Below, in pieces: positions 9,822 through 18,769 of a stretch of 51,330 bases of DNA. Under the pieces are notes generated by a model. The model worked only from the letters and a program-made list of their open reading frames with translations. It searched no databases and had not been told where the DNA came from. Location: positions 1 through 51,330 of the forward strand of contig CAXRCZ010000006.1 of NCBI GenBank assembly GCA_964229335.1. The letters are read 5' to 3'. A program made the position numbers and the translations under genes. The stretch is from Minisyncoccia bacterium (GTDB lineage: Bacteria; Patescibacteriota; Minisyncoccia; Phycocordibacterales; UBA918). How positions within the stretch are numbered: position 1 is the stretch's first letter; every line of letters starts with the position of its first letter.

Positions 9822-9850
9822 GGGCCAGCAGCTTTGCTGCTGGCCCTTTT
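9822..9850 (+). terminator. Intrinsic terminator
   Basis: GGGCCAGCAGC-TTT-GCTGCTGGCCC-TTTT. Confidence 0.85.
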
Positions 9851-9854
9851 GTCC

Positions 9855-12032
9855 CTACTCCATATGCAGCACTTCAGCCAGTCGGGCTACCTTCTCGGCA
9901 ATGAGTGGGAAATCTTTTTCAATATCAGGATGAGTAGCTACCAAATCACGCGCTTCATCGCGCGCCGCTTCAACTAATTTCAAATTTCTAATCGCTTCCA
10001 TGCCAAGGTCAGATAGTCCTGACTGTTTAGCGCCGTATAGTTCACCACTACCGCGGAATTGCAGATCATACTCAGCCAACTCGAAACCATTCTTGGCAGT
10101 AGTAAGTGCCTTAAGTCGTTCTCTGGTTTTATCACTCTTACTTTCCGTCACTGCATAGCAGTATGGTTGATGAGTACCACGGATTACGCGACCACGTAAT
10201 TGGTGAAGCTGCGATAGACCAAAGCGCTCCGCCCCTTCAATAATGATATTGGTAGCATTTGGTACATTGACACCGACTTCTACTACCGAGGTAGCGACTA
10301 AAATATCTATTTTATGCTCAGCAAACTCTTTCATCACCTTGTCTTTTTCGGCCGGAGCCATCTTGCCGTGAAGGATGCCAGTTTTGTATTCAGAAAAAAC
10401 ATCTTTTTTCAAACGTTTTGCCTCGGCAATAACACTCTTGAGTTGGAGGGCGGTAGCGCTGTCTGGGTCTGGTTCTTCAATTCGCGGACATATAACATAG
10501 GCTTGCCGACCAGTATCTAATTCTTGCCTAACTTTTTCATACATAGCGTCGGCTTGAGGGGGAGTGACAATCTCAGTAATGACTTGTTTTCTACCAACAG
10601 GCATCTCATCTAACAAGCTAATATCAAGGTCGCCGTAGATAGTGAGTGCTAGAGTGCGAGGTATTGGTGTAGCAGTCATTGATAGCAAGTGTGGCAATCG
10701 TGCGTCTTTTTTGGCTAGTTTCTTACGCTGATTAGTACCAAAGCGGTGTTGCTCATCGATAATCACATACGCCAAATGCTTGAACTCGACTGATTTATAA
10801 ATCAGAGCGTGCGTACCAATCACAATTGGCACTTCGCCATTTTTCACCCATTTCAGCAGCTGGGCTTTGGATATCGATGTTGGCTTGGTCGGATCAGACT
10901 TGGAAGGGAATTTCATACAACCACTACCGGTAATCAGTCCAATCTGAATCGGTAGATGTTGAAAGTATTCAATAAAACTTTCAAAATGCTGCTTTGCGAG
11001 AATTTCAGTCGGTGCCATGTAGGCAACCTGCAAATTACCAAATTCAATCTTCTTGCCGCTTCCTTCTGGTGGTCGCGACGTTGCGACTGCATAGGCAGTC
11101 GAAGCAGCCACGGCTGTCTTGCCCGAGCCGACATCACCTTCTAGCAAGCGACTCATGGCGTGCGTGCCGTTGAAGTCATTGAGAATAGTTTTAATAGAAG
11201 TGTCTTGCGCTGTCGTGAGGGTAAAAGGGAAGCGGTCGGTGAATTCATCGATATGTTCTTTGGAAGTTTTAAAGGTGTAGGTACTAGCCGCGCTGACCGC
11301 TGACCGCTCAATGGCTTTTTGGATTTGGATATAAAACACTTCTTCAAAAGCGAATCGCTTGCGGGCGCTCTTTGTATGTTCGGCTTTCTTAGGGGAATGA
11401 ATCCAGACCAAGGCCGTCTTTAGCTCTGGTAAATGGTATTTCTTAAGAATTACGGGGGGGATAGGGTCTTTGATTTTATCCAAGGCGCCTTTTTCAAATA
11501 ATCGCAAGGCGGCGTGATACAACCAACGGCTCGTAACCCCCTTAGTCTCACGGTATACCGGATAAAGTGTTTCATCAGTGTCAGCTGTGTCTTTAAAAAT
11601 CGAGTCATGCCGGTCGATTGGGAGTGAGTCTAGTAGTTCTACTTCAGGATTTGATAGATATGGCTTATCTGCACTACCGGCTACCTTGCCGACCAGTTTC
11701 ACGTAGGCGCCATTTTGATACATCTTGGCCATGTATGGCTGGTTGAACCACATGATTTTCATCTTGGCTGAACCATCCTCGACCTGACCTTCGGCAATCG
11801 GGCGCTTGCTTTTCCAAGCCTTGCGTGTCTTCAGTCCAGATAGCTGTCCGTAGACAATGGCCTCCTGGCCAGTTTCCAGGCCACCAATTGATTGCACATC
11901 ACTAATATCTTCGTAGCGAACCGGCAGGTGATAGAGAAGGCCACCAACCGTAGCTATATTGAGTCGTTTCAAGGCTTTGGCGTGTGGTGCGTCAATCCGC
12001 ACATAGTCAGATAGCGGGTCAGAAAGTTGCAT
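9855..12032 (-). CDS. recG: ATP-dependent DNA helicase RecG
   Basis: OB wedge domain, GDVGSGKT, DEQHRFG, TATPIPRT, QLHQLRGRV; ATG 12032 directly after TGcTACAAT. Confidence 0.97.
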   Translation of the reverse strand: MQLSDPLSDYVRIDAPHAKALKRLNIATVGGLLYHLPVRYEDISDVQSIGGLETGQEAIVYGQLSGLKTRKAWKSKRPIAEGQVEDGSAKMKIMWFNQPYMAKMYQNGAYVKLVGKVAGSADKPYLSNPEVELLDSLPIDRHDSIFKDTADTDETLYPVYRETKGVTSRWLYHAALRLFEKGALDKIKDPIPPVILKKYHLPELKTALVWIHSPKKAEHTKSARKRFAFEEVFYIQIQKAIERSAVSAASTYTFKTSKEHIDEFTDRFPFTLTTAQDTSIKTILNDFNGTHAMSRLLEGDVGSGKTAVAASTAYAVATSRPPEGSGKKIEFGNLQVAYMAPTEILAKQHFESFIEYFQHLPIQIGLITGSGCMKFPSKSDPTKPTSISKAQLLKWVKNGEVPIVIGTHALIYKSVEFKHLAYVIIDEQHRFGTNQRKKLAKKDARLPHLLSMTATPIPRTLALTIYGDLDISLLDEMPVGRKQVITEIVTPPQADAMYEKVRQELDTGRQAYVICPRIEEPDPDSATALQLKSVIAEAKRLKKDVFSEYKTGILHGKMAPAEKDKVMKEFAEHKIDILVATSVVEVGVNVPNATNIIIEGAERFGLSQLHQLRGRVIRGTHQPYCYAVTESKSDKTRERLKALTTAKNGFELAEYDLQFRGSGELYGAKQSGLSDLGMEAIRNLKLVEAARDEARDLVATHPDIEKDFPLIAEKVARLAEVLHME

Positions 12033-12070
12033 GAGAGCATTGTAGCAAATATTCAATGTCAAACGAAGCT

Positions 12071-12097
12071 ATACTATTGACTTTATGTCAATAGTAT
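12071..12097 (+). promoter_or_regulatory. Palindromic operator overlapping the -35 (TTGACT) of the first cold-shock gene
   Basis: ATACTATTGAC-TTTAT-GTCAATAGTAT, perfect 11-bp inverted repeat. Confidence 0.55.
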
Positions 12098-12159
12098 GAT
12101 AACTTCATGAAGTCGCAGTTATGTGACAATAAGTACCACTACATAAAGGAGGTCATAAA

Positions 12160-12462
12160 TTGACCGACAATAATAGTCAGGGCACGGCGCCTAAGCTTCA
12201 GTCTCCTCAAGTGTTGAACGAGGGTCAATTTCTCGAAGGAGCCATTAAGTGGTTCAAAGTGGAAGCTCGATATGGTTTCATAATTATCGACTATCACAAT
12301 GGAAGAGAAGTCTTTCTCCACATTTCGGATGTTCCGGAAGAACTGCGCCATTCTCTCGCTGAGGGGACGCGCGTACGCTTCAAGATGGTTCTCTGGAAAG
12401 GGAAGACCAAGGCAACCGACCTCAGTTTGATTGAGGACAAGGAAGTCCAAGCCGCGGCCTGA
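12160..12462 (+). CDS. Cold-shock domain protein with N-terminal extension
   Basis: GAIKWF...YGFI (RNP1), EVFLHISD (RNP2); AAGGAGGT SD, TTG start. Confidence 0.88.
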   Translation: MTDNNSQGTAPKLQSPQVLNEGQFLEGAIKWFKVEARYGFIIIDYHNGREVFLHISDVPEELRHSLAEGTRVRFKMVLWKGKTKATDLSLIEDKEVQAAA

Positions 12463-12561
12463 CGTCCCACGCTGGTGTGGGGCGAGTGCGAGCGCTTATG
12501 CTCCACACCAGCCAACATCTATTGATAATTGTATCTCTAGGTGTTTTTTAATATTTAATAG

Positions 12562-12579
12562 TATTGACATAAGTTAATA
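12562..12579 (+). promoter_or_regulatory. Related palindrome over the -35 (TTGACA) of the second cold-shock gene
   Basis: TATTGAC-ATAA-GTTAATA, followed by extended -10 TGcTACTAT. Confidence 0.5.
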
Positions 12580-12642
12580 ACTGTGCTACTATATAAAACA
12601 TAGCCAAAAGGCTAAAAAGTTCTATTCAGAAGGAGAGGTATC

Positions 12643-13221
12643 ATGGCCAAAAAGGCTGTTACAATCGGCAATCACTACATCGGGGAAGTCATCACGTATT
12701 TCGATGACAAGGGCTACGGATTCATCCAGCCGCTGGGCGAAAAATACAAAGCCGCTTTTTTCCATGTCTCGCAGATGCTCTTCGGAGATCTGCCGACGGA
12801 AGGCGCTCGCTACCACTTCACCGGTATCGAAGGACGTGAAGATCCGGCAGCAGGAGACCTCTTCACCGCCGATGGCGTCACCCCGGAAGATTACTGCCGG
12901 CTGGTCGGAGAAGAAGGGTCGTACACGCCGACGGTCGCCCAGGAAGACGAGCTTCGCCGGAATCAAGTCGACAAGAACGACGATGGCGACAAGCTCTTCA
13001 AGGTGACGAAGCATAATCGTTTCGCTCATTTCGAAGTTGAGCGTGCCAACAACGGCGGCCGCATCATTCTCAACGGGGTCCATTCGCTGGCAGAAGCGCG
13101 GAAGAAGATCGGTAAGACGATCAAGCACCCGGCGACGGCGAATCATGGTCAATCGACCAATGATCCCTCTGTCTCGAAGGGTATGAAGAATGCTCCTTCG
13201 AAGAAGAAAGAAGCGGCCTGA
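12643..13221 (+). CDS. Cold-shock domain protein with unknown C-terminal region
   Basis: GEVITYFDDKGYGFI...AFFHVSQ; AAGGAG SD; GC hairpin after stop. Confidence 0.8.
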   Translation: MAKKAVTIGNHYIGEVITYFDDKGYGFIQPLGEKYKAAFFHVSQMLFGDLPTEGARYHFTGIEGREDPAAGDLFTADGVTPEDYCRLVGEEGSYTPTVAQEDELRRNQVDKNDDGDKLFKVTKHNRFAHFEVERANNGGRIILNGVHSLAEARKKIGKTIKHPATANHGQSTNDPSVSKGMKNAPSKKKEAA

Positions 13222-13338
13222 GCCTGACCGAGAGGGCGGGCACCGATGGTGCCCGCCCCTCAAACTGCCCAATTCACGGGTGGTTTTTTTGTTGTTCGCG
13301 CTGACCTGTCGTATACTGCAACTTCTACACAAAGAAAT

Positions 13339-14511
13339 ATGGCTACCAAAAAAACTACGAGCAAAAAGAAACCAGACTACAATAAGCTAGCTCTTATGCT
13401 TCATAAGAAGCTACACGGCAAGCTCGAAACCAGTGTCAAAGGTGCTCTTAAAACCAAAACCGACTGGAGTACGATGTACACCCCGGGGGTAGCGGCGGTA
13501 TGTAGTGCGATTGCCAAAAAACCAGCTACTGCTCGCGATTACACAATCAAGCGCAATACAGTAGCGGTGATAAGTGATGGTTCAGCGGTACTAGGACTTG
13601 GTAACTTGGGCGGCGTAGCGTCTTTGCCGGTGATGGAGGGTAAGTGTGCGATTTTTAAAGAGTTGGCTGATGTCGATGCGTTTCCGATTGTGCTTGATAC
13701 TCAAGATACGGATGAAATCATTGCAGCAGTGAAAGCGATTGCTCCAACTTTTGGAGGCATCAATCTCGAAGATATTTCCGCACCAAAGTGTTTTGAAATT
13801 GAAGAAGCGTTAATTAAAGACCTGAGTATCCCAGTCATGCACGATGATCAGCATGGCACAGCGATAGTGGTACTGGCGGCGCTTATCAATGCTAGCAAGG
13901 TAGTAAAGAAACAAACTAAATCTCTCAAGGTAGTGATAGTTGGCGCTGGTGCCGCTGGCAAGGCCACTGCAGAACTCTTGGTGAGTTTCGGTATAGCCAA
14001 TGTAATCGTACTTGATTCAATGGGGGCGATTCATGTTGGGCGTGGTGGTTTGAGTGAGTACAAGGAAGACTTGGCTAAAGTCACTAATCCAGAGCGACTG
14101 TCTGGTGATTTGCTCGCATTGTCTAAAGACGCTGACGTATTGATTGGACTATCTGGTCCTGGCTCCATTGCTAGGGTACATATTGAAGAAATGGCTAACA
14201 ATCCAATTGTATTTGCAATGGCGAACCCAATTCCCGAAATCATGCCGGTTGATGCCAAGCGCGCCGGAGCAGCGGTGATAGCTACTGGCCGTTCTGATTT
14301 ACCAAATCAGGTAAACAACGCACTGGTTTTCCCAGGCATATTTCGCGGGGTACTAGATAAGGGAGTACAGACCATTACCACCGATATGAAACTAGCTGCA
14401 GCTAAAAAAATTGCCGCTATGATTAAAAAACCGACGGCAGATTGCATCATACCGTCGGTCACCACCCCTGGCTTATCGAAGAAAGTAGCGAGCGCAATTA
14501 CGCGACCATAA
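13339..14511 (+). CDS. NAD(P)-dependent malic enzyme
   Basis: YTPGVA, SDGSAVLGLGN, GGINLEDI, HDDQHGTA, GAGAAG, TGRSDLPNQVNN. Confidence 0.95.
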   Translation: MATKKTTSKKKPDYNKLALMLHKKLHGKLETSVKGALKTKTDWSTMYTPGVAAVCSAIAKKPATARDYTIKRNTVAVISDGSAVLGLGNLGGVASLPVMEGKCAIFKELADVDAFPIVLDTQDTDEIIAAVKAIAPTFGGINLEDISAPKCFEIEEALIKDLSIPVMHDDQHGTAIVVLAALINASKVVKKQTKSLKVVIVGAGAAGKATAELLVSFGIANVIVLDSMGAIHVGRGGLSEYKEDLAKVTNPERLSGDLLALSKDADVLIGLSGPGSIARVHIEEMANNPIVFAMANPIPEIMPVDAKRAGAAVIATGRSDLPNQVNNALVFPGIFRGVLDKGVQTITTDMKLAAAKKIAAMIKKPTADCIIPSVTTPGLSKKVASAITRP

Positions 14512-15313
14512 ACAACACTAGGCTCACTGCCATAATCATCATGCCTGTAATAGCACCAATGATTGAGTGGTGATGTTGTCCATATTTTTGTGCTGCTGGC
14601 AACAGCTCATCGAGTGAAATAAATACCATTATCCCAGCTACACCAGCAAAGATAATGCCAAATACCTGGTCGCTAATGAATTGGCTTAAGATAAAGAATC
14701 CTAGTATGGCACCAATTGGTTCTGCCAGTCCTGAAGCAAATGAGTACCAAAACGCCTTTAGCCGACTGCCGGTGGCATGATAGACCGGAATAGAAACAGC
14801 AATACCTTCTGGAATATTATGAATAGCTACCGCTATGGCGACTGAGATACCAAGTGCTGGATCCTGCAGGGTAGAGAGAAATGTCGCCAGTCCCTCCGGG
14901 AAGTTGTGAATCGCAAGAGCAATCGCAGTGAAGGTTCCCATCTTGAGAAGTGCGTTCCGTTCACGCTCTTCTGGGTCATCCATTTCTTTTACGTCATGAG
15001 CATCATGGGGATTAGTTTCACCGTGATGCATTAAATGATCGATAATCGCAATCGTAATTACACCTCCAAAAAAGCCAATGGTGGCGTACATGTACCCAAG
15101 CCCAGGGTCGCCAAAAGCTTCGGTTAGAGAGACTACAGACTTTTGAAATATTTCAACCAGTGATACATACAACATTACCCCGGCAGAGAGACCGAGCATG
15201 AATGAGAGAAATCTTTTGTCTGTGCGTCTGGCAGTAAAAGCTAGGAAACTACCGATACCAGTAGCTAGTCCAGCTCCAAGTGTGACCAGGAACGCGAGAG
15301 TAATTGGTTCCAT
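14498..15313 (-). CDS. zupT: ZIP family zinc transporter ZupT
   Basis: HNFPEG and HNIPEG motifs, about 8 TM helices, His-rich loop. Confidence 0.93.
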   Translation of the reverse strand: MEPITLAFLVTLGAGLATGIGSFLAFTARRTDKRFLSFMLGLSAGVMLYVSLVEIFQKSVVSLTEAFGDPGLGYMYATIGFFGGVITIAIIDHLMHHGETNPHDAHDVKEMDDPEERERNALLKMGTFTAIALAIHNFPEGLATFLSTLQDPALGISVAIAVAIHNIPEGIAVSIPVYHATGSRLKAFWYSFASGLAEPIGAILGFFILSQFISDQVFGIIFAGVAGIMVFISLDELLPAAQKYGQHHHSIIGAITGMMIMAVSLVLFMVA

Positions 15314-15329
15314 ATATAAGTAAAAATAG

Positions 15330-15381
15330 AAATTAGCTAATAACTAATTATATATTTAATTATATAATTAAATATATAATT
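15330..15381. promoter_or_regulatory. AT-rich palindromes upstream of zupT (candidate metalloregulator sites)
   Basis: AATTAG-N7-CTAATT (15331-15349) and a perfect 36-bp palindrome at 15346-15381. Confidence 0.4.
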
Positions 15382-15522
15382 CGGGAGGAGTAAGAATCTA
15401 TGGCTGTTTTATACCACGCACTCTAGTGGAGTGCAAGGTACTTGATCACAAGTAAGAATCATGCGATTTGATTCTGTAATAAAAACAAATCACCCAACAA
15501 AGTCAGGTGACCTGTTGGGTGG

Positions 15523-16062
15523 CTACAGAGCTTCTGCAGGTTGAAACGCGGTGACTGTTGAGGGTACAAAGGCTGGCCGGTTGGTACCCAGGATGGTGCC
15601 TTGTGTGTCTAATATAGACAACTTGCCACTCGGGATGTCGACTTCCTTTTTGAGATTGAGTGAAACCCTAACTGGTTGATTGAGACCAATATTTTCCATG
15701 AACCTAACGTTGCTGATGTCAGCAACTTGAGAATTTGGAAGCAAACGACTTACTGCATGATCGCAGTGTCCGATACGGTTCATACCATTCATTTTTCCGT
15801 CGGGCCAGGAATAGGCGCCGCAATGCATATTGCCAACCACCAGAGCACTGATGAAACTGCCATCGATACTGGTGGTGATATCAACTTCTAACCTACCTCT
15901 TTCATTAATTTGCAGAACTGTTTCAGGCTCAATATGAGGGCGTAATTTCTTGGCAACACTCCTCAGATCGTCCTCATCAGTAGCTCCGGCCCGCTTGAGA
16001 ACTTGGTACAGCTGCTCGTCCTTCTCATTATCTGAAAGTTGCATCTCAAAAATCCTTTCCAT
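15523..16062 (-). CDS. Hypothetical protein, possibly degenerate MaoC/hotdog fold
   Basis: GNMH...NGM...SRLLP...VRFMENIGLNQPVRV pattern resembles MaoC-type proteins (by eye only). Confidence 0.45.
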   Translation of the reverse strand: MERIFEMQLSDNEKDEQLYQVLKRAGATDEDDLRSVAKKLRPHIEPETVLQINERGRLEVDITTSIDGSFISALVVGNMHCGAYSWPDGKMNGMNRIGHCDHAVSRLLPNSQVADISNVRFMENIGLNQPVRVSLNLKKEVDIPSGKLSILDTQGTILGTNRPAFVPSTVTAFQPAEAL

Positions 16063-16163
16063 TTCTATTCCATGACATTTGTACCATTTACTATGGACAA
16101 TTCAAGTCTTTGGTAAATCTAGAACTCATTGCAAGTATGTGTTATTCTTCCAGTCACAAATCT

Positions 16164-16253
16164 GGAGGGTTGGCTGAGTGGTCGAAAGCGCTTCACTGCT
16201 AACGAAGTAAGGTCTAAACACCTTCAAGGGTTCGAATCCCTTACCCTCCGCCA
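16164..16253 (+). tRNA. tRNA-Ser (GCU), CCA encoded
   Basis: GGAGGGT/ACCCTCC acceptor, loop CTGCTAA, long variable arm, G73-CCA. Confidence 0.95.
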
Positions 16254-16303
16254 CGTAAGGACAGGCTTTGATACCCGTCTACAGATGGTACTATTTTCAA
16301 TAT

Positions 16304-17209
16304 ATGAAGAAAAAGATTAGCACAATTAGGAAAGTGTTTGCGCTCATTACGTTGCGTTATTTTAACGTATCAACTCACCGCAAGCGGGTGTTTCGAAGCA
16401 CCTTTCTTTTGCTGTTGGCGCTTATCTTTATCCAAATATTCAAAGCGTTGATTTTGCCGCCGATTGCGTATCTTAGTGAGCTGATTGCTGTCGCTATCCT
16501 GACCGTAATCGTTAATATCTTTTTCAATGTCATCCGGTTGTTTATTGTCTCGAATCACCGAAATCGGCGTGGTATTAGCAAAGAGGAAAGTGACAACTTC
16601 ACTATTGGCGTAAATGCGCTAGTGAATTCTGCGACGGTGATTGTGGCTATTGTCATTTTCTTTTGGTTCTTTGGGATTGAAGTAAAAAGTTTTCTCAGTT
16701 CCATCGCTCTCTTTGCAGTGGCAATAGTTTTGATTTTTCAAGATTTTATTAAGAACTTCTTGTTTGGGTTCAGCATGATGTTTTCTAATGATTATGAGAT
16801 TGGTGACTATGTCCAGGTTGGCGAGACTCCGAAGGGTGTAATCACTTCGTTGACCTTTTCTAATCTACAAATAAAGACCGAGGCTGGTGCGCTGCTGTAT
16901 ATTCCAAACGCCGTCGTGCGTAATCATCAGGTGGTGAACTTTAGTAAGCTGCGTCCTAAGCACATGGTGATTGAGTTTTTGTTGCCGCGCGAAAAATTTA
17001 CCATTGTCGAAGAGCTGCAAACCTCCTTGATTGAGACACTCGATACAAAATTTCCAGAGCTATTTGATAGTGCCACTGCAAAAGTCCACGTTCACTCTAG
17101 TACCAAAGAAGATATCACCTTCGTTTTTGAAGTTACTAGCAAGAGTGCCAGTCTCAAACTAAAAGAAGAACTAAAACACGCCGTCCAAGCGTTTGCCGTC
17201 GAGTATTAA
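16304..17209 (+). CDS. MscS family mechanosensitive channel
   Basis: TM helices then FQDFIKNFLFG...YEIGDYVQV...IPN..V....VVNFS. Confidence 0.88.
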   Translation: MKKKISTIRKVFALITLRYFNVSTHRKRVFRSTFLLLLALIFIQIFKALILPPIAYLSELIAVAILTVIVNIFFNVIRLFIVSNHRNRRGISKEESDNFTIGVNALVNSATVIVAIVIFFWFFGIEVKSFLSSIALFAVAIVLIFQDFIKNFLFGFSMMFSNDYEIGDYVQVGETPKGVITSLTFSNLQIKTEAGALLYIPNAVVRNHQVVNFSKLRPKHMVIEFLLPREKFTIVEELQTSLIETLDTKFPELFDSATAKVHVHSSTKEDITFVFEVTSKSASLKLKEELKHAVQAFAVEY

Positions 17210-17293
17210 ATATAGAGGCCAGGTGTCACGGTGTTTAGTTGTACTGTGCTACCATAAAAATACGACGTGATTAGCAGTTAATTCAAAAAACAT

Positions 17294-17473
17294 ATGGACG
17301 GTACAAAAATTCTAGCGATTATTATTGCTCTACTGACTGGAGGATATTTACTCCCGTTCTCGGTTGCACTATGGCGCGCACATCCCGAGACAACTAAAAT
17401 CTTCTTATTAAACCTGTTGCTTGGTTGGACCCTCATTGGATGGGTGATTGCACTTGTTTGGGCACTTCGTTAA
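17294..17473 (+). CDS. Superinfection immunity protein (T4 Imm-like), 59 aa, absent from ORF track
   Basis: MDGTKILAIIIALLTGGYLLPFSVALWRAHPETTKIFLLNLLLGWTLIGWVIALVWALR matches Imm family signature YxLP..A..R.H.....IFLLNLLLGWTxIGWVxALVWA. Confidence 0.88.
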   Translation: MDGTKILAIIIALLTGGYLLPFSVALWRAHPETTKIFLLNLLLGWTLIGWVIALVWALR

Positions 17474-17507
17474 AACATTAGTGTAAACACACCTAGTATT
17501 TCAGGCA

Positions 17508-17535
17508 CAAAAAGAACCCGCTCGGGTTCTTTTTG
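17508..17535 (+). terminator. Intrinsic, bidirectional-type terminator
   Basis: AAAAAGAACCCG...CGGGTTCTTTTT. Confidence 0.8.
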
Positions 17536-17579
17536 TGTAAAGTGATACAAGTGTAATCAAGGTCTGGTATTCTTTAGTT

Positions 17580-17846
17580 ATGACAAAGATTGACTTTCGA
17601 CACCGACTGCCGCAAGACATGAAAGCTATGATTGAAGGTAGTCGATGCCTCAAAGAAAAATGGGAAGAACTTACTCCATTAGCTCGTAACGAATGGATTT
17701 GTTGGGTGACAATCGTGAAAAAAGCGGAAACTAGAAAAGAACATCTAGATAGATTTAAAGAAGAAGTATTAGCTGACCAAAAACGACCATGCTGTTGGCC
17801 TGGTTGTCCGCACCGCCGCCCAATTGCAAAAAAATATTTTACTTAG
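17580..17846 (+). CDS. YdeI/OmpD-associated family protein
   Basis: LPQD...WEELTPLARNEWICWV...KKAETR...RPCCWPGCPHR. Confidence 0.8.
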   Translation: MTKIDFRHRLPQDMKAMIEGSRCLKEKWEELTPLARNEWICWVTIVKKAETRKEHLDRFKEEVLADQKRPCCWPGCPHRRPIAKKYFT

Positions 17847-17860
17847 CAAATCCCTAAATA

Positions 17861-18769
17861 TTACTCAGCTATCTCGTCTTGGTAGTCGTTGGTGTATTCC
17901 TCGGTAACAATCAATTGCACCGCTTCAGTGACCAAATTCACTACATCTTGGTAATCTTGATCTTGAAGGGATGTCTCAGCATCTTCGACATATTCATTTA
18001 CTTGGGCTGTTGTGTCAGTTTGGAGGTCATTTTCGGCTAATTCAATGCTGATCTCTATCAGTTGAGTACTTATATATTGTTCGATAGTTTCGTTGTCAGT
18101 GGTTAGTAGGCTGGTAACTTCTTCGTCATACATTGCTTCGGCACTGTCGCTATTGTTTTCAAAGTCAGCACGTTGTTCTTGGGTAGCATTTTCTAGAACA
18201 ATGGTTTCAATCACCATATTCATGGCACTAATATCACCTACGAGTTCGAGAGTGTATAAATCATCAACCTCATTTTCTTCCTTAAGCAGAACTGCTAGTT
18301 CATCAACCAGTTCTCGTAATTCAACGTGTGAATCATTCAGCGCAGTCTCGGTAAGAGATAATTGCTCAGCCAGAGTTTGTATTTCTAACAATCTGGTTTC
18401 GAAGCGCTCATGTTGGTAGGTGAGTTTGTCTTCCGGACTCAATTTAGTAGCAGCAACCAGTTCTTCTAAAATATTAGTCTTTACTGGATACAATAGTTCT
18501 CCCGGTAGACTGTCAGCTGAAGCGAAGTTGGTTCCGATAAATAACACTACTGCTAATGAAGCTGAAGCGAGACTTCGCATCCAAATTGAAGAAAGAGAGA
18601 ACGGACTTTCTTTTGGATGTTGTTTAGGGGTGTGGAACTGAGCATACGATAGTAGCGTTGATTTCATTTCCTCACGCTCAATAGCTGACAAGCGTATGTT
18701 TTTGCCTTTCTCTAACAAATCTTCAGTTGTATTAAAATTGTTTTTCATATGTTCAGGAAGTTGATTCAT
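17861..18769 (-). CDS. Putative membrane anti-sigma factor (DUF5667-like)
   Basis: Single TM followed by ASADSLPGELLYPVK motif; overlaps the ECF sigma gene. Confidence 0.7.
   Translation of the reverse strand: MNQLPEHMKNNFNTTEDLLEKGKNIRLSAIEREEMKSTLLSYAQFHTPKQHPKESPFSLSSIWMRSLASASLAVVLFIGTNFASADSLPGELLYPVKTNILEELVAATKLSPEDKLTYQHERFETRLLEIQTLAEQLSLTETALNDSHVELRELVDELAVLLKEENEVDDLYTLELVGDISAMNMVIETIVLENATQEQRADFENNSDSAEAMYDEEVTSLLTTDNETIEQYISTQLIEISIELAENDLQTDTTAQVNEYVEDAETSLQDQDYQDVVNLVTEAVQLIVTEEYTNDYQDEIAE

Noticed and set aside
9620-9850. SRP RNA, RNase P RNA or 6S RNA
   Set aside because: No SRP GNRA domain IV or RNase P GAGGAAAGUCC motif recognised; left as an unknown structured region.
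12139-13332. Minus-strand ORFs 12139-12450 and 12622-13332
   Set aside because: Antisense shadows of the SD-led cold-shock genes.
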